Shown here: piece after piece, positions 9,968 to 19,194 of the stretch
How the letters are laid out: every line of letters begins with the position of its first letter
Position numbering within the stretch: position 1 is the first letter of the stretch
NCBI GenBank assembly: GCA_041495285.1
Contig: JBGQCJ010000005.1
Location: 15,374 to 79,373 of the forward strand
Reading direction: 5' to 3'
DNA from: Verrucomicrobiia bacterium
Lineage (GTDB): Bacteria; Verrucomicrobiota; Verrucomicrobiia; Palsa-1439
Length of the DNA: 64,000 nt
The notes under the pieces: generated by a model
What the model saw: only the letters and a program-made list of their open reading frames with translations
Told to the model about the DNA's origin: nothing
The model's database searches: none
Position numbers and translations under genes: made by a program

Positions 9968-10474
9968 ATGGCCAAATTGCACATCCTGTCGGGCGTTCTG
10001 GAAGGCAAATCGTTCGAACTCATCGAGGAACGCATCACGATCGGACGGGCGTTGGACAACATGATCCGCCTCGAAGACGGCACGATCTCGCACCATCACG
10101 CGATGCTCTTGCTGGAGGGCCACGACTACAAGCTGCGCGACCTCAATTCCACCAACGGCACGCGCGTCAACGGCCTGCGCGTCGTGGAAACCAAAATCAG
10201 CAACGGCGACCAGATCCGGCTCGGTTCGGTGGAGATGCGGTTTGACCAGGATGTGAGGAAAGCCAGCCAGCCGTTGCCGCCGACGCACACGGGCATCCAT
10301 CTAGAGCAACTCGGTCGCGGCAGCGCGCCGCCGCCCACCTTCGGCTCGGCCTCGCCGTTCAGCAAAAAGGCGGGCGGACAGATCGGCGGACTGCAATGGG
10401 GCGTGATTGGCTTGGGATTAGTTGCCGCCGCGACACTCGGCTGGTTCGTTTACAAATACTTCATAGGCCATTAG
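9968..10474 (+). CDS. FHA domain protein with C-terminal transmembrane helix
   Basis: [25 protein letters not shown]...[14 protein letters not shown] is an FHA signature. C-terminal [19 protein letters not shown] is a TM segment. Confidence 0.7.
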   Translation: MAKLHILSGVLEGKSFELIEERITIGRALDNMIRLEDGTISHHHAMLLLEGHDYKLRDLNSTNGTRVNGLRVVETKISNGDQIRLGSVEMRFDQDVRKASQPLPPTHTGIHLEQLGRGSAPPPTFGSASPFSKKAGGQIGGLQWGVIGLGLVAAATLGWFVYKYFIGH

Positions 10475-11460
10475 GCCGCCGCCAGCCAGCCGGCTGCGTC
10501 TTTTGCCCAGTACGTCAGGATGATATCGGCACCGGCGCGCTTGAAGCCGGTCAGAATCTCCAGCACCACCTGCCGCTCATCAAGCCAGCCGTTTTGCGCG
10601 GCGGCCTTGATCATCGCGTATTCGCCGCTGACGTTGTACACGGCAACCGGATAATGAAACTTGTCCTTCACGCGCCAGATCAAGTCCTGATAGCCGAGAG
10701 CCGGCTTCACCATCACGATGTCCGCGCCTTCCTTGATGTCGAGCGCCACTTCGCGCAATGCTTCGTCGCCGTTGGCGTAATCCATTTGATACGTCTTCCG
10801 GTCGCCAAACCGCGGCGGTGACTCGGCGGCTTCCCGGAACGGACCGTAAAACGCCGACGCAAACTTCGCCGCGTAACTCATAATCGGTGTGTCAGCAAAC
10901 CAGGTCTCATCCAACGTCGCGCGGATGGCGGCCACCCGGCCATCCATCATGTCGCTCGGCGCAACGATGTCCGCACCGGCCTCGGCGTGGGCCAACGCCG
11001 CTTTCGAGAGCAAGCCGAGCGTGGCGTCGTTGTCGATCCGGTACTCGCGTCCCGTTTTGCGCACGATGCCGCAATGACCGTGGCTCATGTATTCGCACAG
11101 GCACACGTCGGTGATGACGACCAATTCCGGCAACGCTTTCTTCAGCGCGCGCACCGCTTTCGGCACGATACCGTTCGCCGCGTACGCGCCGGACGCCTTT
11201 TCGTCCTTCTTGTCCGGTATCCCGAACAGAATCACCGCCGGTACGCCGAGTTTCATGAGCGTACCGGCTTCCTTCACGGCTTCATCCACGGAAAGCTGGA
11301 ACTGGCCCGGCATCGAACCGATGGGGCGACGTACGCGCGTGCCTTCGCGCACGAACAGCGGCATGACGAGTTGCCGGACGGACAACTCCGTTTCGCGCAC
11401 GAGCGCACGCAAGGCCGGGTTCTGCCGCAGACGACGGGAGCGATAAATGGGGAAACGCAT
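10471..11460 (-). CDS. hemB: Porphobilinogen synthase (delta-aminolevulinic acid dehydratase)
   Basis: 329 aa. Conserved over full length ([32 protein letters not shown]..., active-site region ...[15 protein letters not shown]...). Confidence 0.9.
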   Translation of the reverse strand: MRFPIYRSRRLRQNPALRALVRETELSVRQLVMPLFVREGTRVRRPIGSMPGQFQLSVDEAVKEAGTLMKLGVPAVILFGIPDKKDEKASGAYAANGIVPKAVRALKKALPELVVITDVCLCEYMSHGHCGIVRKTGREYRIDNDATLGLLSKAALAHAEAGADIVAPSDMMDGRVAAIRATLDETWFADTPIMSYAAKFASAFYGPFREAAESPPRFGDRKTYQMDYANGDEALREVALDIKEGADIVMVKPALGYQDLIWRVKDKFHYPVAVYNVSGEYAMIKAAAQNGWLDERQVVLEILTGFKRAGADIILTYWAKDAAGWLAAA

Positions 11461-11464
11461 CGGT

Positions 11465-12157
11465 TCAGCTTGGGAAACCGTGTTCGGCCTCGCGGATCAG
11501 CGCGATGACTTCTTTGGGTTGCTGCGCGGCGGCGAGTTTCGCGCGGAAATCAATATTCTTCACCAGCCGCGCCAGCCGCGCCAACAATTGCAAATGCTCG
11601 CGCACGTTGGGCGCGCACAGCAGGAAGAAATGATGAACAGGCTTGCCGTCGAGCGCACCGAAGTCCACACCTGCGCGGTGCCGGCCGTAGGCGAGCACGG
11701 GATGATCCACGAGGCCGACCAGCGCGTTGCGCGCGTGCGGAATGGCCACGCCTTCGTCCACGCAGGTCGAGCAGAGGTCTTCGCGGACCTTGAGCGCGCG
11801 GAACAATGTTTCGGCGCGTTCTGCTTCTTCAGGAGCGATGACTAAGTGAACCAGCTCGCGCAGCACGTCGTCGCGCGCCGCGGCCCGCAGATTCAACTGG
11901 ATGCGGCTGGGACTCATCACGCCGGCAATGGTCAGCGGTTGCGGCAGGCCGGTGGCCTCGGTGGGAAGCTGCTGCTCCGTCACGGGGCCGGCGTTGCGCC
12001 CCACCATCCACGCGTCAATGGTGGCCCGGTCAAACCGCCAATGCCGCCCGGCCTTCAGCGCGGGGATTTCGCCTTTCTGGGCGAGGCGACTGACGGTCTT
12101 TTCGTTGAGCCGAATGTACTCGGCCACTTCTTTCAAAGTCATGAGTTCAGGTTTCAT
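11465..12157 (-). CDS. Fusion of an HTH (excisionase/MerR-like) DNA-binding domain to a PTS EIIA type-2 (PtsN-like) domain
   Basis: N-terminus [37 protein letters not shown] is an HTH_17-like domain. C-terminal ~150 aa are IIA(Ntr/Fru)-like (...GVAIPHAR...[10 protein letters not shown]...). Lies 4 nt upstream of hemB. Confidence 0.65.
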   Translation of the reverse strand: MKPELMTLKEVAEYIRLNEKTVSRLAQKGEIPALKAGRHWRFDRATIDAWMVGRNAGPVTEQQLPTEATGLPQPLTIAGVMSPSRIQLNLRAAARDDVLRELVHLVIAPEEAERAETLFRALKVREDLCSTCVDEGVAIPHARNALVGLVDHPVLAYGRHRAGVDFGALDGKPVHHFFLLCAPNVREHLQLLARLARLVKNIDFRAKLAAAQQPKEVIALIREAEHGFPS

Positions 12158-12338
12158 GGGAATGTTGATTTCGCGGAAGGATACTAAGTCGAATTATCTG
12201 GTTGCGCAAGAAACGAAACGGCGGCGGGAGCCGCGGGACGCGAGCTTACCGGCGGGAATTATGTTGTTGAAATTGCCACGTAAATCAGTAAGAGGTTGCA
12301 GACCTTTGGGAGAGCGTTGCGAGAGGAAGATTGTCTGA

Positions 12339-13907
12339 ATGACATTCTGGAGAAGACTACTGCTTTTGTTCGTGTTGGGCGGCTGCGTGCACGCGATGGT
12401 CGCGCGCGCGGAAGACCCCACCCGGCCCACGTTCCGGACGTTGGGAGGCGCGCTGATCGGGGCAAGTCTGCACAATTACTTCGTCGAATCCGAAATGCGG
12501 TTGCCGCTGCTGCACATCGAGCCGGTCTCGGTGTATTACCGGTATCGGGAGACGACACCGTTTTTGGATCTGAATGGCAGCGGTCCGCAGGCCGAGCTGT
12601 TGTATACCCGGTACGAACTGCAGGTGGATTTCAAACTGAACGACTGGTTCCGCCTGATCGGAGTCGGGGGTTATCACTCCACGTACTCGACTGATCGCAC
12701 CGGCAAGCTCAGCGCCTTCGTTCTCGGCGGCGGGATTGGTTCGCCGTTCCGCTCGAACGGCGAACGCGTGGCCTGGCACTTTGTGGGAGGCGGCTACCTC
12801 GACCGCAACAATTTCAACCAGGATTGGTGGAGCGACGGTTCATTCAGTTGGCGGGTGATTGACTTCGCTCAAGACCAGTACTTGGGCTCTGACTACCGGG
12901 CTTCGATCATTTTCGTGGCCGACGTCGAGTCGGCCAATAATGCCGATCGGTTTCAGGCGCTCTACAAAATTGGCCCGGAGGTTCAGCTTCACACGGCGTT
13001 TGGCAATCGCGCAAACCTGCAGCTCCGCTGGTATCACAACGATCATAATCCATCCCTTGGATTAAACGACAACGGATTCCTTTTCGGCCTGGAAGTCATG
13101 TCGTCCATGGATAGCAACCTCGTGTTTCATGCGCGCGATGACCGCCTCGCCGGTTGGCTGCCGCTCATCTGGGGCGGGTACGACGTGGGCGCGTCCGGTT
13201 CGCGCCGCGTTTCGCGATTCGAAATGAATGTCGAACTCGTGGATTTTCACGTTGCCGAACATCCCTTTACCGGCTTCATCTGGTACGAATCGCGTCAGGA
13301 GCATCGCATCGGCGACTTCGACAACATCGCCTACTCCGTCAGCCTCGGACTGCAAACACCGGTCGGCTTGGAATCGCCCTTGTCGCACGGTGATCCGCTT
13401 GTGTTCGGCGCGGACTTCGTCCACCGCAGCGATCACTCGCTCAATCCCGGCGCGTCGCGGACGGCGGTTATCGGCACGCCCACGGTGATCGGTGACACAA
13501 CCCAGAATCTCATCGACCACGGCAGCCTGAATATGTTGCCGCGCCTCCGACTGCAAACGTTGGGCTGGGACTTGCCTTACCGCGACCCGACGATGTACGA
13601 GCGACGGACGGATTGGTTGAATTTCGTTGACTGGCGCGTGACCGCCGGTCTGACGGTGAGATCGTCTCGTCATCGTGGCGATTTCTCTGGTCAACTCGGC
13701 GCGAATTGGGACATCGCCACCGTGCAGGGTTACGTAGTGTACCTGCGCGCCCTCGGCTCGGTCGGCAATGAGACGCCTGACTGGCAGGGAGAAGCGGGTG
13801 TGCGCCGTCCCGCCGGCAAGGTATTCGCGCGCTACGAGAGCTACCACATGAAAGCGACTCTCGCGCAGGGCGACGCCTTCATCGTCGGCGTCGGTGTCTA
13901 TCTGTAG
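12339..13907 (+). CDS. Putative outer-membrane beta-barrel protein (hypothetical)
   Basis: Signal peptide MTFWRRLLLLFVLGGCVHAMVARA. Aromatic/Gly-rich alternating pattern throughout. No recognised catalytic motif. Confidence 0.45.
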   Translation: MTFWRRLLLLFVLGGCVHAMVARAEDPTRPTFRTLGGALIGASLHNYFVESEMRLPLLHIEPVSVYYRYRETTPFLDLNGSGPQAELLYTRYELQVDFKLNDWFRLIGVGGYHSTYSTDRTGKLSAFVLGGGIGSPFRSNGERVAWHFVGGGYLDRNNFNQDWWSDGSFSWRVIDFAQDQYLGSDYRASIIFVADVESANNADRFQALYKIGPEVQLHTAFGNRANLQLRWYHNDHNPSLGLNDNGFLFGLEVMSSMDSNLVFHARDDRLAGWLPLIWGGYDVGASGSRRVSRFEMNVELVDFHVAEHPFTGFIWYESRQEHRIGDFDNIAYSVSLGLQTPVGLESPLSHGDPLVFGADFVHRSDHSLNPGASRTAVIGTPTVIGDTTQNLIDHGSLNMLPRLRLQTLGWDLPYRDPTMYERRTDWLNFVDWRVTAGLTVRSSRHRGDFSGQLGANWDIATVQGYVVYLRALGSVGNETPDWQGEAGVRRPAGKVFARYESYHMKATLAQGDAFIVGVGVYL

Positions 13908-13913
13908 CGCCGG

Positions 13914-14555
13914 TCAGAATCTTCGTTCGTAACTGCGGATGACGCCGATGACTTTGCCCACAATTCGCGTGTCGTCCGCGACCGGGATTGGTTGGTAGCG
14001 TGGATTGGCCGGTTGCAGCCAGAGTTTCCCGTGGCGTCGCGCCAATTTTTTCACCGTCGCCTCGCCGTCCACCAGCGCGACGACAATCTCACCGGCTTGC
14101 GCGCCTTCCTGCGTGCGGACGACGACGAGGTCGTCTTCACAGATACCGGCTTCCACCATCGAATCGCCATGCACTTTCAGCGCGAACACCTTTTCGCCGC
14201 CGAACTCCTGCGATAAATCGAGCGCGCCTTCCACGTTTTCCTCGGCGAGCAACGGACCGCCCGCCGGCACGCGGCCGAGAATGGGCAACGCGCGCAGCCA
14301 TGGTTGCGGAAACAACCCGCGCGACTTGCCGCGCATCGTGCGCACGTACCCTTTGTTCTCCAGCGCGCGCACGTGATCGCGCACCGTGCCGGTGGAGCGA
14401 AACCCGAAGGCGCGCCCGATCTCGCGAATGGTGGGCGGATGACCCTTGCCGCGAATGTGGTCGAGTATGAACTTCAGCAGCTTCTGCTGCTGCGCGGTCA
14501 GAGGTTCTTTCACGCCAAACCCGATACCACACGTTTGTATGGTTGGGCGATGCAA
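13914..14555 (-). CDS. lexA: LexA SOS repressor (S24 peptidase)
   Basis: N-terminal wHTH (LTAQQQKLLKFILDHIRGKGHPPTIREIGRAFGFRSTGTVRDHVRALENKGYV), Ala-Gly cleavage region, Ser/Lys dyad region (HGDSM...KKLAR). Start ambiguous: TTG 14555 or GTG about 14513. Lies 15 nt downstream of a response-regulator gene. Confidence 0.85.
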   Translation of the reverse strand: MHRPTIQTCGIGFGVKEPLTAQQQKLLKFILDHIRGKGHPPTIREIGRAFGFRSTGTVRDHVRALENKGYVRTMRGKSRGLFPQPWLRALPILGRVPAGGPLLAEENVEGALDLSQEFGGEKVFALKVHGDSMVEAGICEDDLVVVRTQEGAQAGEIVVALVDGEATVKKLARRHGKLWLQPANPRYQPIPVADDTRIVGKVIGVIRSYERRF

Positions 14556-14570
14556 AAACTGGCGGCGGGA

Positions 14571-14924
14571 TCAGGCGGCGGCGGAGGCGTGGATCGCCTC
14601 CTGCAATTCCGTCACGCCGAACGGTTTCTCAACGAAGCCGCACGCGCCGGCCTCGCGGGCCTCACCCGCAGTGACACGGCCGGCCGTGACGATGAGAACC
14701 TTCGCGCCCGGATCGCGCTTCGCCAACAGCGACGTGCACGTCAGCCCGTCCATGCGCGGCATCCGCACGTCCATCAGGACGAGTTCCGGCCGCACGAGCT
14801 CGTATTTTTCGAGCGCGTCCTCGCCATCCGCCGCGAGGCCGACGACCTCGTGGCCGAGGTATTCCATCACCATGCGCAACGCGCAGCGAACCGATTCAGT
14901 GTCCTCAGCAATCAATATTTTCAT
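14571..14924 (-). CDS. Stand-alone response-regulator receiver domain (CheY-like)
   Basis: 117 aa. MKILIAEDTESVR...LVLMDVRMPRMDG...VTAGEAREAGACGFVEKP has the Asp-pocket residues. Confidence 0.8.
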   Translation of the reverse strand: MKILIAEDTESVRCALRMVMEYLGHEVVGLAADGEDALEKYELVRPELVLMDVRMPRMDGLTCTSLLAKRDPGAKVLIVTAGRVTAGEAREAGACGFVEKPFGVTELQEAIHASAAA

Positions 14925-15053
14925 GGCCTACAGGTTAGTTTAGCAGTGCCCGTGCCACAGAAATCTCCGCATATCCTCACGAAAACGGATGAATCACCAT
15001 GAGAATCGTCAGATCAATAGTGTCCGACCTCCTTTTCTTGCCGGTGAAGAAAC

Positions 15054-15129
15054 TGGCGGCCCCAACGGGATTCGAACCCGTGTACCCAGATTGAGAATCT
15101 GATGTCCTAGGCCTCTAGACGATGGGGCC
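15054..15129 (-). tRNA. tRNA-Glu(CTC): tRNA-Glu, anticodon CUC, CCA encoded
   Basis: Reverse complement folds as GGCCCCA|TC|GTC TAGAGGCCTAG GAC|A|TCAGA TTCTCAA TCTGG|GTACA|CGGGT TCGAATC CCCGT|TGGGGCC|G|CCA. The D-arm is identical in style to E. coli tRNA-Glu; T-loop is TTCGAAT; 7-bp acceptor stem. Confidence 0.85.
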
Positions 15130-15177
15130 GCTCAACGTCGCGATGCGACACAGAGAATACGGAAGGCGTGCCGAAAA

Positions 15178-16515
15178 TCAAGCGCTTTGCAGCAGCCGTG
15201 ACAGCAATTTGTCGTGGATGCCGTCGAACTTGCCGTTGGAGAAAACCGCGACCACGTCATGCTCTTTCAATCGAGGCAACAGATCAGTCAGGATTTGCTC
15301 GGAGTTGGCCGAGTACTCGGCAAACTTGCCGCGTTGTTGCAGTGTGGCCACGATTTGCTCGGGTTTCAAACGCTCGTTCTCCGCCAGTTCGTTCAAGCGA
15401 TCCACACGCGCGATGAACACGCCGTCGGCCAACCCCAGCGACTCCGCCAGCTCGCTCTGAAAAACGTTGCGCCGCGTCGTGTTGCTGCGCGGCTCGAACA
15501 ACGCCCAGAGCCGGCGCTGCGGATATTTTTCCCGAATGGCGCGGATCGTTTCGGCAATCGCCGTCGGATGATGCGCGAAATCATCGAGCACGGTGACACC
15601 GTGCGCTTCACCGCGCACTTCCATGCGGCGTTTCACGCCGGTGAAGGTCGTAAACCCGCGTTGAATCTGTTCGCGCGAAAGCCCGAGTTCGCTTGCGCAA
15701 ACAACAACGGCGGCTGCATTCCGCGCGTTGTGTTCTCCCGGCAACGGGACCACAAAGCCGTCGGAGCACGATTTGACGAAGAACTGGACGCGGCACGGCG
15801 CGTCGGCGACCACCTCCCGCACATGGGCATCTTCGCAGTTGGCGATGAGCAACCCGCGACGGGGAATGATGGCGACGAGTTGCCGGAAGGCGCGCTTGAC
15901 GGCGGCGAGATCGGGGAAAATATCGGCGTGGTCGAATTCAATATTGTTGATGATGACCGTGTCCGGCAGGTAATGCACAAACTTGCTGCGCTTGTCGAAG
16001 AACGCCGTGTCGTACTCGTCGCCTTCAACGACAAAGTATTTCCCCTGGCCCACGCGAGCACCGCCGGCAAAGTTGTTGGGCATGCCGCCGATGAGAAACC
16101 CCGGCGACAACCCCGCCTCTTCGAGCACCCACGCGAGCAGTGAGGTCGTGGTCGTCTTACCGTGCGTGCCGGCGACGACGACGGAGTGCTTGCCACGAAT
16201 AAAAAATTCGCGCACCAAGTCCGGCAGCGAACAAAAATTCCAGCGCTCATCGAGCAGTCGCTCGATTTCCGGGTTGCCGCGTTTCATGGCGTTGCCGACG
16301 ACCACGAGTTCCGGTTGGTGGTCGAGATTGGACGCGCGGTAGCCGGACAGGACACGAATGCCACGCGCTTCGAGGAACGTGGACATCGGCGGATAGATGT
16401 TTTCGTCGCTGCCGGTAACGGTGTAGTCGAGGTCCCGGCACATCGCCGCGACCGAAGCCATGGCGGTGCCGCACACGCCCACAAAGTGGATCGAGTTGAC
16501 CTCCTTACGCAACAT
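15178..16515 (-). CDS. mpl: UDP-N-acetylmuramate:L-alanyl-gamma-D-glutamyl-meso-diaminopimelate ligase (murein peptide ligase)
   Basis: 445 aa, collinear with E. coli Mpl: IHFVGVCGTAMASVA, YPPMSTFLE, AGTHGKTTTTSLLAWVLE, FFDKRSKFVHY, IEFDHADIF. Shorter than MurC. Confidence 0.85.
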   Translation of the reverse strand: MLRKEVNSIHFVGVCGTAMASVAAMCRDLDYTVTGSDENIYPPMSTFLEARGIRVLSGYRASNLDHQPELVVVGNAMKRGNPEIERLLDERWNFCSLPDLVREFFIRGKHSVVVAGTHGKTTTTSLLAWVLEEAGLSPGFLIGGMPNNFAGGARVGQGKYFVVEGDEYDTAFFDKRSKFVHYLPDTVIINNIEFDHADIFPDLAAVKRAFRQLVAIIPRRGLLIANCEDAHVREVVADAPCRVQFFVKSCSDGFVVPLPGEHNARNAAAVVVCASELGLSREQIQRGFTTFTGVKRRMEVRGEAHGVTVLDDFAHHPTAIAETIRAIREKYPQRRLWALFEPRSNTTRRNVFQSELAESLGLADGVFIARVDRLNELAENERLKPEQIVATLQQRGKFAEYSANSEQILTDLLPRLKEHDVVAVFSNGKFDGIHDKLLSRLLQSA

Positions 16516-16548
16516 CCTTTAGGGTTCCCCGCAAGTCTTCTAACACGA

Positions 16549-17427
16549 ATGCGCCAGAGAATCAACGTTTCTGATTTCGATCTCGCCGGAACGCTGGAAT
16601 GCGGCCAGGCGTTTCGTTGGCGGCGCGACGCCGACGGTTGGTTTACCGGCGTCGTCGGCAAGGAGGTCTGGCGACTGCAGCAAGCCGACACCGAACTTGA
16701 ATGGAGTTGTAGCCACGAGCCTGCTCGCGGCGTCATACCGTCGTCAGGAGAACCGCGAGCAGGCTCGCGGCTACAACATTACCTCGCCCTCGACGTTCCG
16801 CTCCGAGAAGTCGTCGCCACGTTCCCGGACGACGAGCCGTTGCACGCAGCGGTGCGAAAACATTGGGGCTTGCGCGTGCTCCGGCAAGAGCCATGGGAGA
16901 CGCTCGCCTCGTTCATCGCCAGTTCGACCAAACAGATCGTCCAAATCCGGCAGATCGTCGCCGCGCTCGCCGACCGGTTCGGCGAAAACAACGCGTTTCC
17001 AACGGTTGATGTGATTGCGCGCGCCACGCACCGGCAACTCCTCGACTGTAAGCTGGGATTTCGCGCGAAGTACCTGCTGGCGGCCGCGCAGATGATTGAC
17101 CGGGGTGAAGTTTGGTTAGACAAGTTACCGGCGATGGAGTACGAGCGCGCGCTCGAAGAACTGATGAAGCTGCCGGGCGTCGGTGAAAAAATCGCCGCGT
17201 GCACGTTGTTGTTTTCCTGCGGCCACGACGAGGCGTTTCCGATTGACGTGTGGGTCGAGCGGTCGCTGCGCCGGCTTTACTTCATCGGCCAGAAGGTCAC
17301 GAGGAAGAAACTCCGGGACTTCACGCACTCGCACTTCGGTCCGTACGCCGGTTGGGCGCAGCAGTATTTATTTTTCAGCGAGCGCGCGCGCGGCCGCCAG
17401 CCGTTGTTGGATGTTGGTGCGCAGTGA
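16549..17427 (+). CDS. 8-oxoguanine DNA glycosylase (OGG1-type N-domain plus HhH-GPD)
   Basis: Start ATG 16549, divergent from mpl. DFDLAGTLECGQAFRW is the Ogg N-terminal signature. LMKLPGVGEKIAACTLLFSCGHDEAFPIDVWVER is the HhH-GPD motif with catalytic Lys/Asp region. Confidence 0.75.
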   Translation: MRQRINVSDFDLAGTLECGQAFRWRRDADGWFTGVVGKEVWRLQQADTELEWSCSHEPARGVIPSSGEPRAGSRLQHYLALDVPLREVVATFPDDEPLHAAVRKHWGLRVLRQEPWETLASFIASSTKQIVQIRQIVAALADRFGENNAFPTVDVIARATHRQLLDCKLGFRAKYLLAAAQMIDRGEVWLDKLPAMEYERALEELMKLPGVGEKIAACTLLFSCGHDEAFPIDVWVERSLRRLYFIGQKVTRKKLRDFTHSHFGPYAGWAQQYLFFSERARGRQPLLDVGAQ

Positions 17428-18477
17428 GGATTGCCGGTCGGTCGTGGCGGCCAGCGCTTCTTCGAAGGCGCCGACTGCGTCCTTCGGTTTGCCCAGCTTG
17501 AGCAACACGCTGCCGAGCGTGTCGAGGTAGTACGCACGGTGTGACGGTCGCAACTCCGCAGCCTTCCGGCTGAGAAGTGCCGCTTTGTCGAGGTTCTCGC
17601 CGAGTTCCAAGTAAACGCAGGCGAGGTTGTTGAGCGCATCGGCGTTTTGCGGGTCGGTCGCGACCGCGCGGGCAAACGCGTTCACCGCTTCCGGCAAGCG
17701 GCGTTGCTTGAGCAGCACGTTGCCGAGGTTCATGTGAAAGTAGGAATTGTCCGGGCGCAGCGCGACTGCTGCCCGGAAATGCGCCTCGGCGTCCGCCCAG
17801 TGATCCGCTCGCTCCCAGTACACGCCCAAATCGTTGTGTTCGTCGGCGGACAGTTTCCAGTGGACGCGCTCCACCGGACAAATCAACAACGTCCAGCGCT
17901 CGGCGCGGTCCCAGAATCGCTGAAATTGCTCCTGCCCGATCGTGAGCAGCGGGCGCGTGTCGGAATGAACGGTGACTGTCTGGTGAAAATCATCCACGTC
18001 GAGCACGAGGAAGTAATGGTATTGCGCGCCGAGTTTGCCGAGCACGAGGAGCGGGATGCCGGCGGCAAGTTTCTGGCGCAAATCCGCCGGTGAGCCGCGA
18101 TACGGACGGACCCAAAGGTTGAACCGGTGAGCGTAGTCGGCAAGTTCGGTGGTCAGCGTGCCGCGAATCTCCGGCAGGTAAATGGCGCCGGCGATGTCGT
18201 CCTGCGAACCGTTGTGGCCGTAGAAATTCGCCAACATCGCCAGCGCCGCCGGGCCGCAGTAGTTGGGCTTCTGCGCGATGAAGGGAACGGAGAGCGTGGA
18301 GCGTTCCGCCTTCGCCGAGGCTTCGGCGGACAAGGGAGCGTGAAGCGTGGAGCGTGGAGCGGCGCACCCCGCAAGCAGGAGCAACACCGCTACGCTTGTC
18401 ACCCTGAGCAAAGCGAACGGTCTTGCCGCAAGCCAGCCAGATTCTTCGCTTCGCTCAGAATGACAGACTGACGGCAT
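17368..18477 (-). CDS. Lipoprotein with papain-like C39-type peptidase domain and C-terminal TPR repeats
   Basis: Peptidase_C39-like block VPFIAQKPNYCGPAALAMLANFYG...YHYFLVLD. At least 3 TPR units (AEAHFRAAVALRPDNSYFHMNLGNVLLK...). Signal/lipobox LRVTSVAVLLLLAGC. Start is either ATG 18477 (overlapping ATGA with the upstream stop) or an internal TTG near 18420. Confidence 0.6.
   Translation of the reverse strand: MPSVCHSERSEESGWLAARPFALLRVTSVAVLLLLAGCAAPRSTLHAPLSAEASAKAERSTLSVPFIAQKPNYCGPAALAMLANFYGHNGSQDDIAGAIYLPEIRGTLTTELADYAHRFNLWVRPYRGSPADLRQKLAAGIPLLVLGKLGAQYHYFLVLDVDDFHQTVTVHSDTRPLLTIGQEQFQRFWDRAERWTLLICPVERVHWKLSADEHNDLGVYWERADHWADAEAHFRAAVALRPDNSYFHMNLGNVLLKQRRLPEAVNAFARAVATDPQNADALNNLACVYLELGENLDKAALLSRKAAELRPSHRAYYLDTLGSVLLKLGKPKDAVGAFEEALAATTDRQSSLRTNIQQRLAAARALAEK
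18404..18458. promoter_or_regulatory. Long imperfect inverted repeat (14-bp arms, 27-nt spacer) at the 5' end of the C39-TPR lipoprotein gene
   Basis: CTGAGCAAAGCGAA ...27 nt... TTCGCTTCGCTCAG. It lies between the DUF721 stop (18477) and the lipobox-encoding segment. Could be an mRNA hairpin or just coding sequence. Confidence 0.25.
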
Positions 18478-18728
18478 CAGCCGATGCGGAAGACGATGTC
18501 GCGAACCGTTTTTTGACCGACGGTGGCGCGGACTTTTTGGAGGAGAAGTGCCTTGTGGTAGCGCGAAAGTTCCTGCAGCCAGACCGGATGATCCACGGCA
18601 ACGACGAGCAGACCATTGCGCAGGCTGACCGGCTGCGCATGGCGCGCGATGTCGGCCCCCACGATCTGCGGCCAGAAGTAGAAGACTTGCGATTGCTGCA
18701 GGCGTTGTTCGAGGCCCAGCCTCTTCAT
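18477..18728 (-). CDS. DUF721-family small protein
   Basis: MKRLGLEQRLQQSQVFYFWPQIVGADIARHAQPVSLRNGLLVVAVDHPVWLQELS...VRDIVFRIG matches the DUF721 consensus (W.eivG...L.v.v.ss.W.qEL...i.fr.g). The true start may lie a few codons upstream. Confidence 0.55.
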   Translation of the reverse strand: MKRLGLEQRLQQSQVFYFWPQIVGADIARHAQPVSLRNGLLVVAVDHPVWLQELSRYHKALLLQKVRATVGQKTVRDIVFRIG

Positions 18729-18835
18729 GACGCCGGGAATGAGTTTGTTGAGTGAGGCGGTGGTCTGTGCCCCACTTGGTTCGGCGGTTATGCCGGGCCT
18801 CCATTCGCGCAGGACTCGGGCTCGCAACGCGGGCG

Positions 18836-19114
18836 TCACTGGGATTGTTGCTGAGATTGTTCGGCGGGGGCAGATTGGTTTTGATCGCCATCGTTTCCGA
18901 TGGCCTCGACTGGGCAACCTTCCATCGCCTCTTTGCAGAGCGCCTCCTCGTCCGGCGAGGTCGGTTGCTTGTACACATAGCTGTAGCCACCATCTTCGTT
19001 GCGGGTAAAATTGTCGGGCGCAGTTTCGCGGCACAAATCGCAGTCAATGCACTGGTCATCGACGTAGAACTTGCCGGGCACGTTGTCCGGATATTTGTTG
19101 GTGAATACAGCCAT
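18836..19114 (-). CDS. Ferredoxin (single 4Fe-4S type)
   Basis: MAVFTNKYPDNVPGKFYVDDQCIDCDLCRETAP...EGCPVEAI has the CxxCxxC...CP motif. Acidic C-terminal tail. Start taken as ATG 19114; the ORF track gives GTG 19123. Confidence 0.7.
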   Translation of the reverse strand: MAVFTNKYPDNVPGKFYVDDQCIDCDLCRETAPDNFTRNEDGGYSYVYKQPTSPDEEALCKEAMEGCPVEAIGNDGDQNQSAPAEQSQQQSQ

Positions 19115-19194
19115 CCCCCACACTCCATCAGCAGCGTCAGTATAACCACCCGGAATATCGCCGCAACTGAATTCTCACCGGGCCCTGGAGAATC

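Noticed and set aside
15214-16143. 309-aa plus-strand ORF
   Set aside because: Antisense shadow of mpl.
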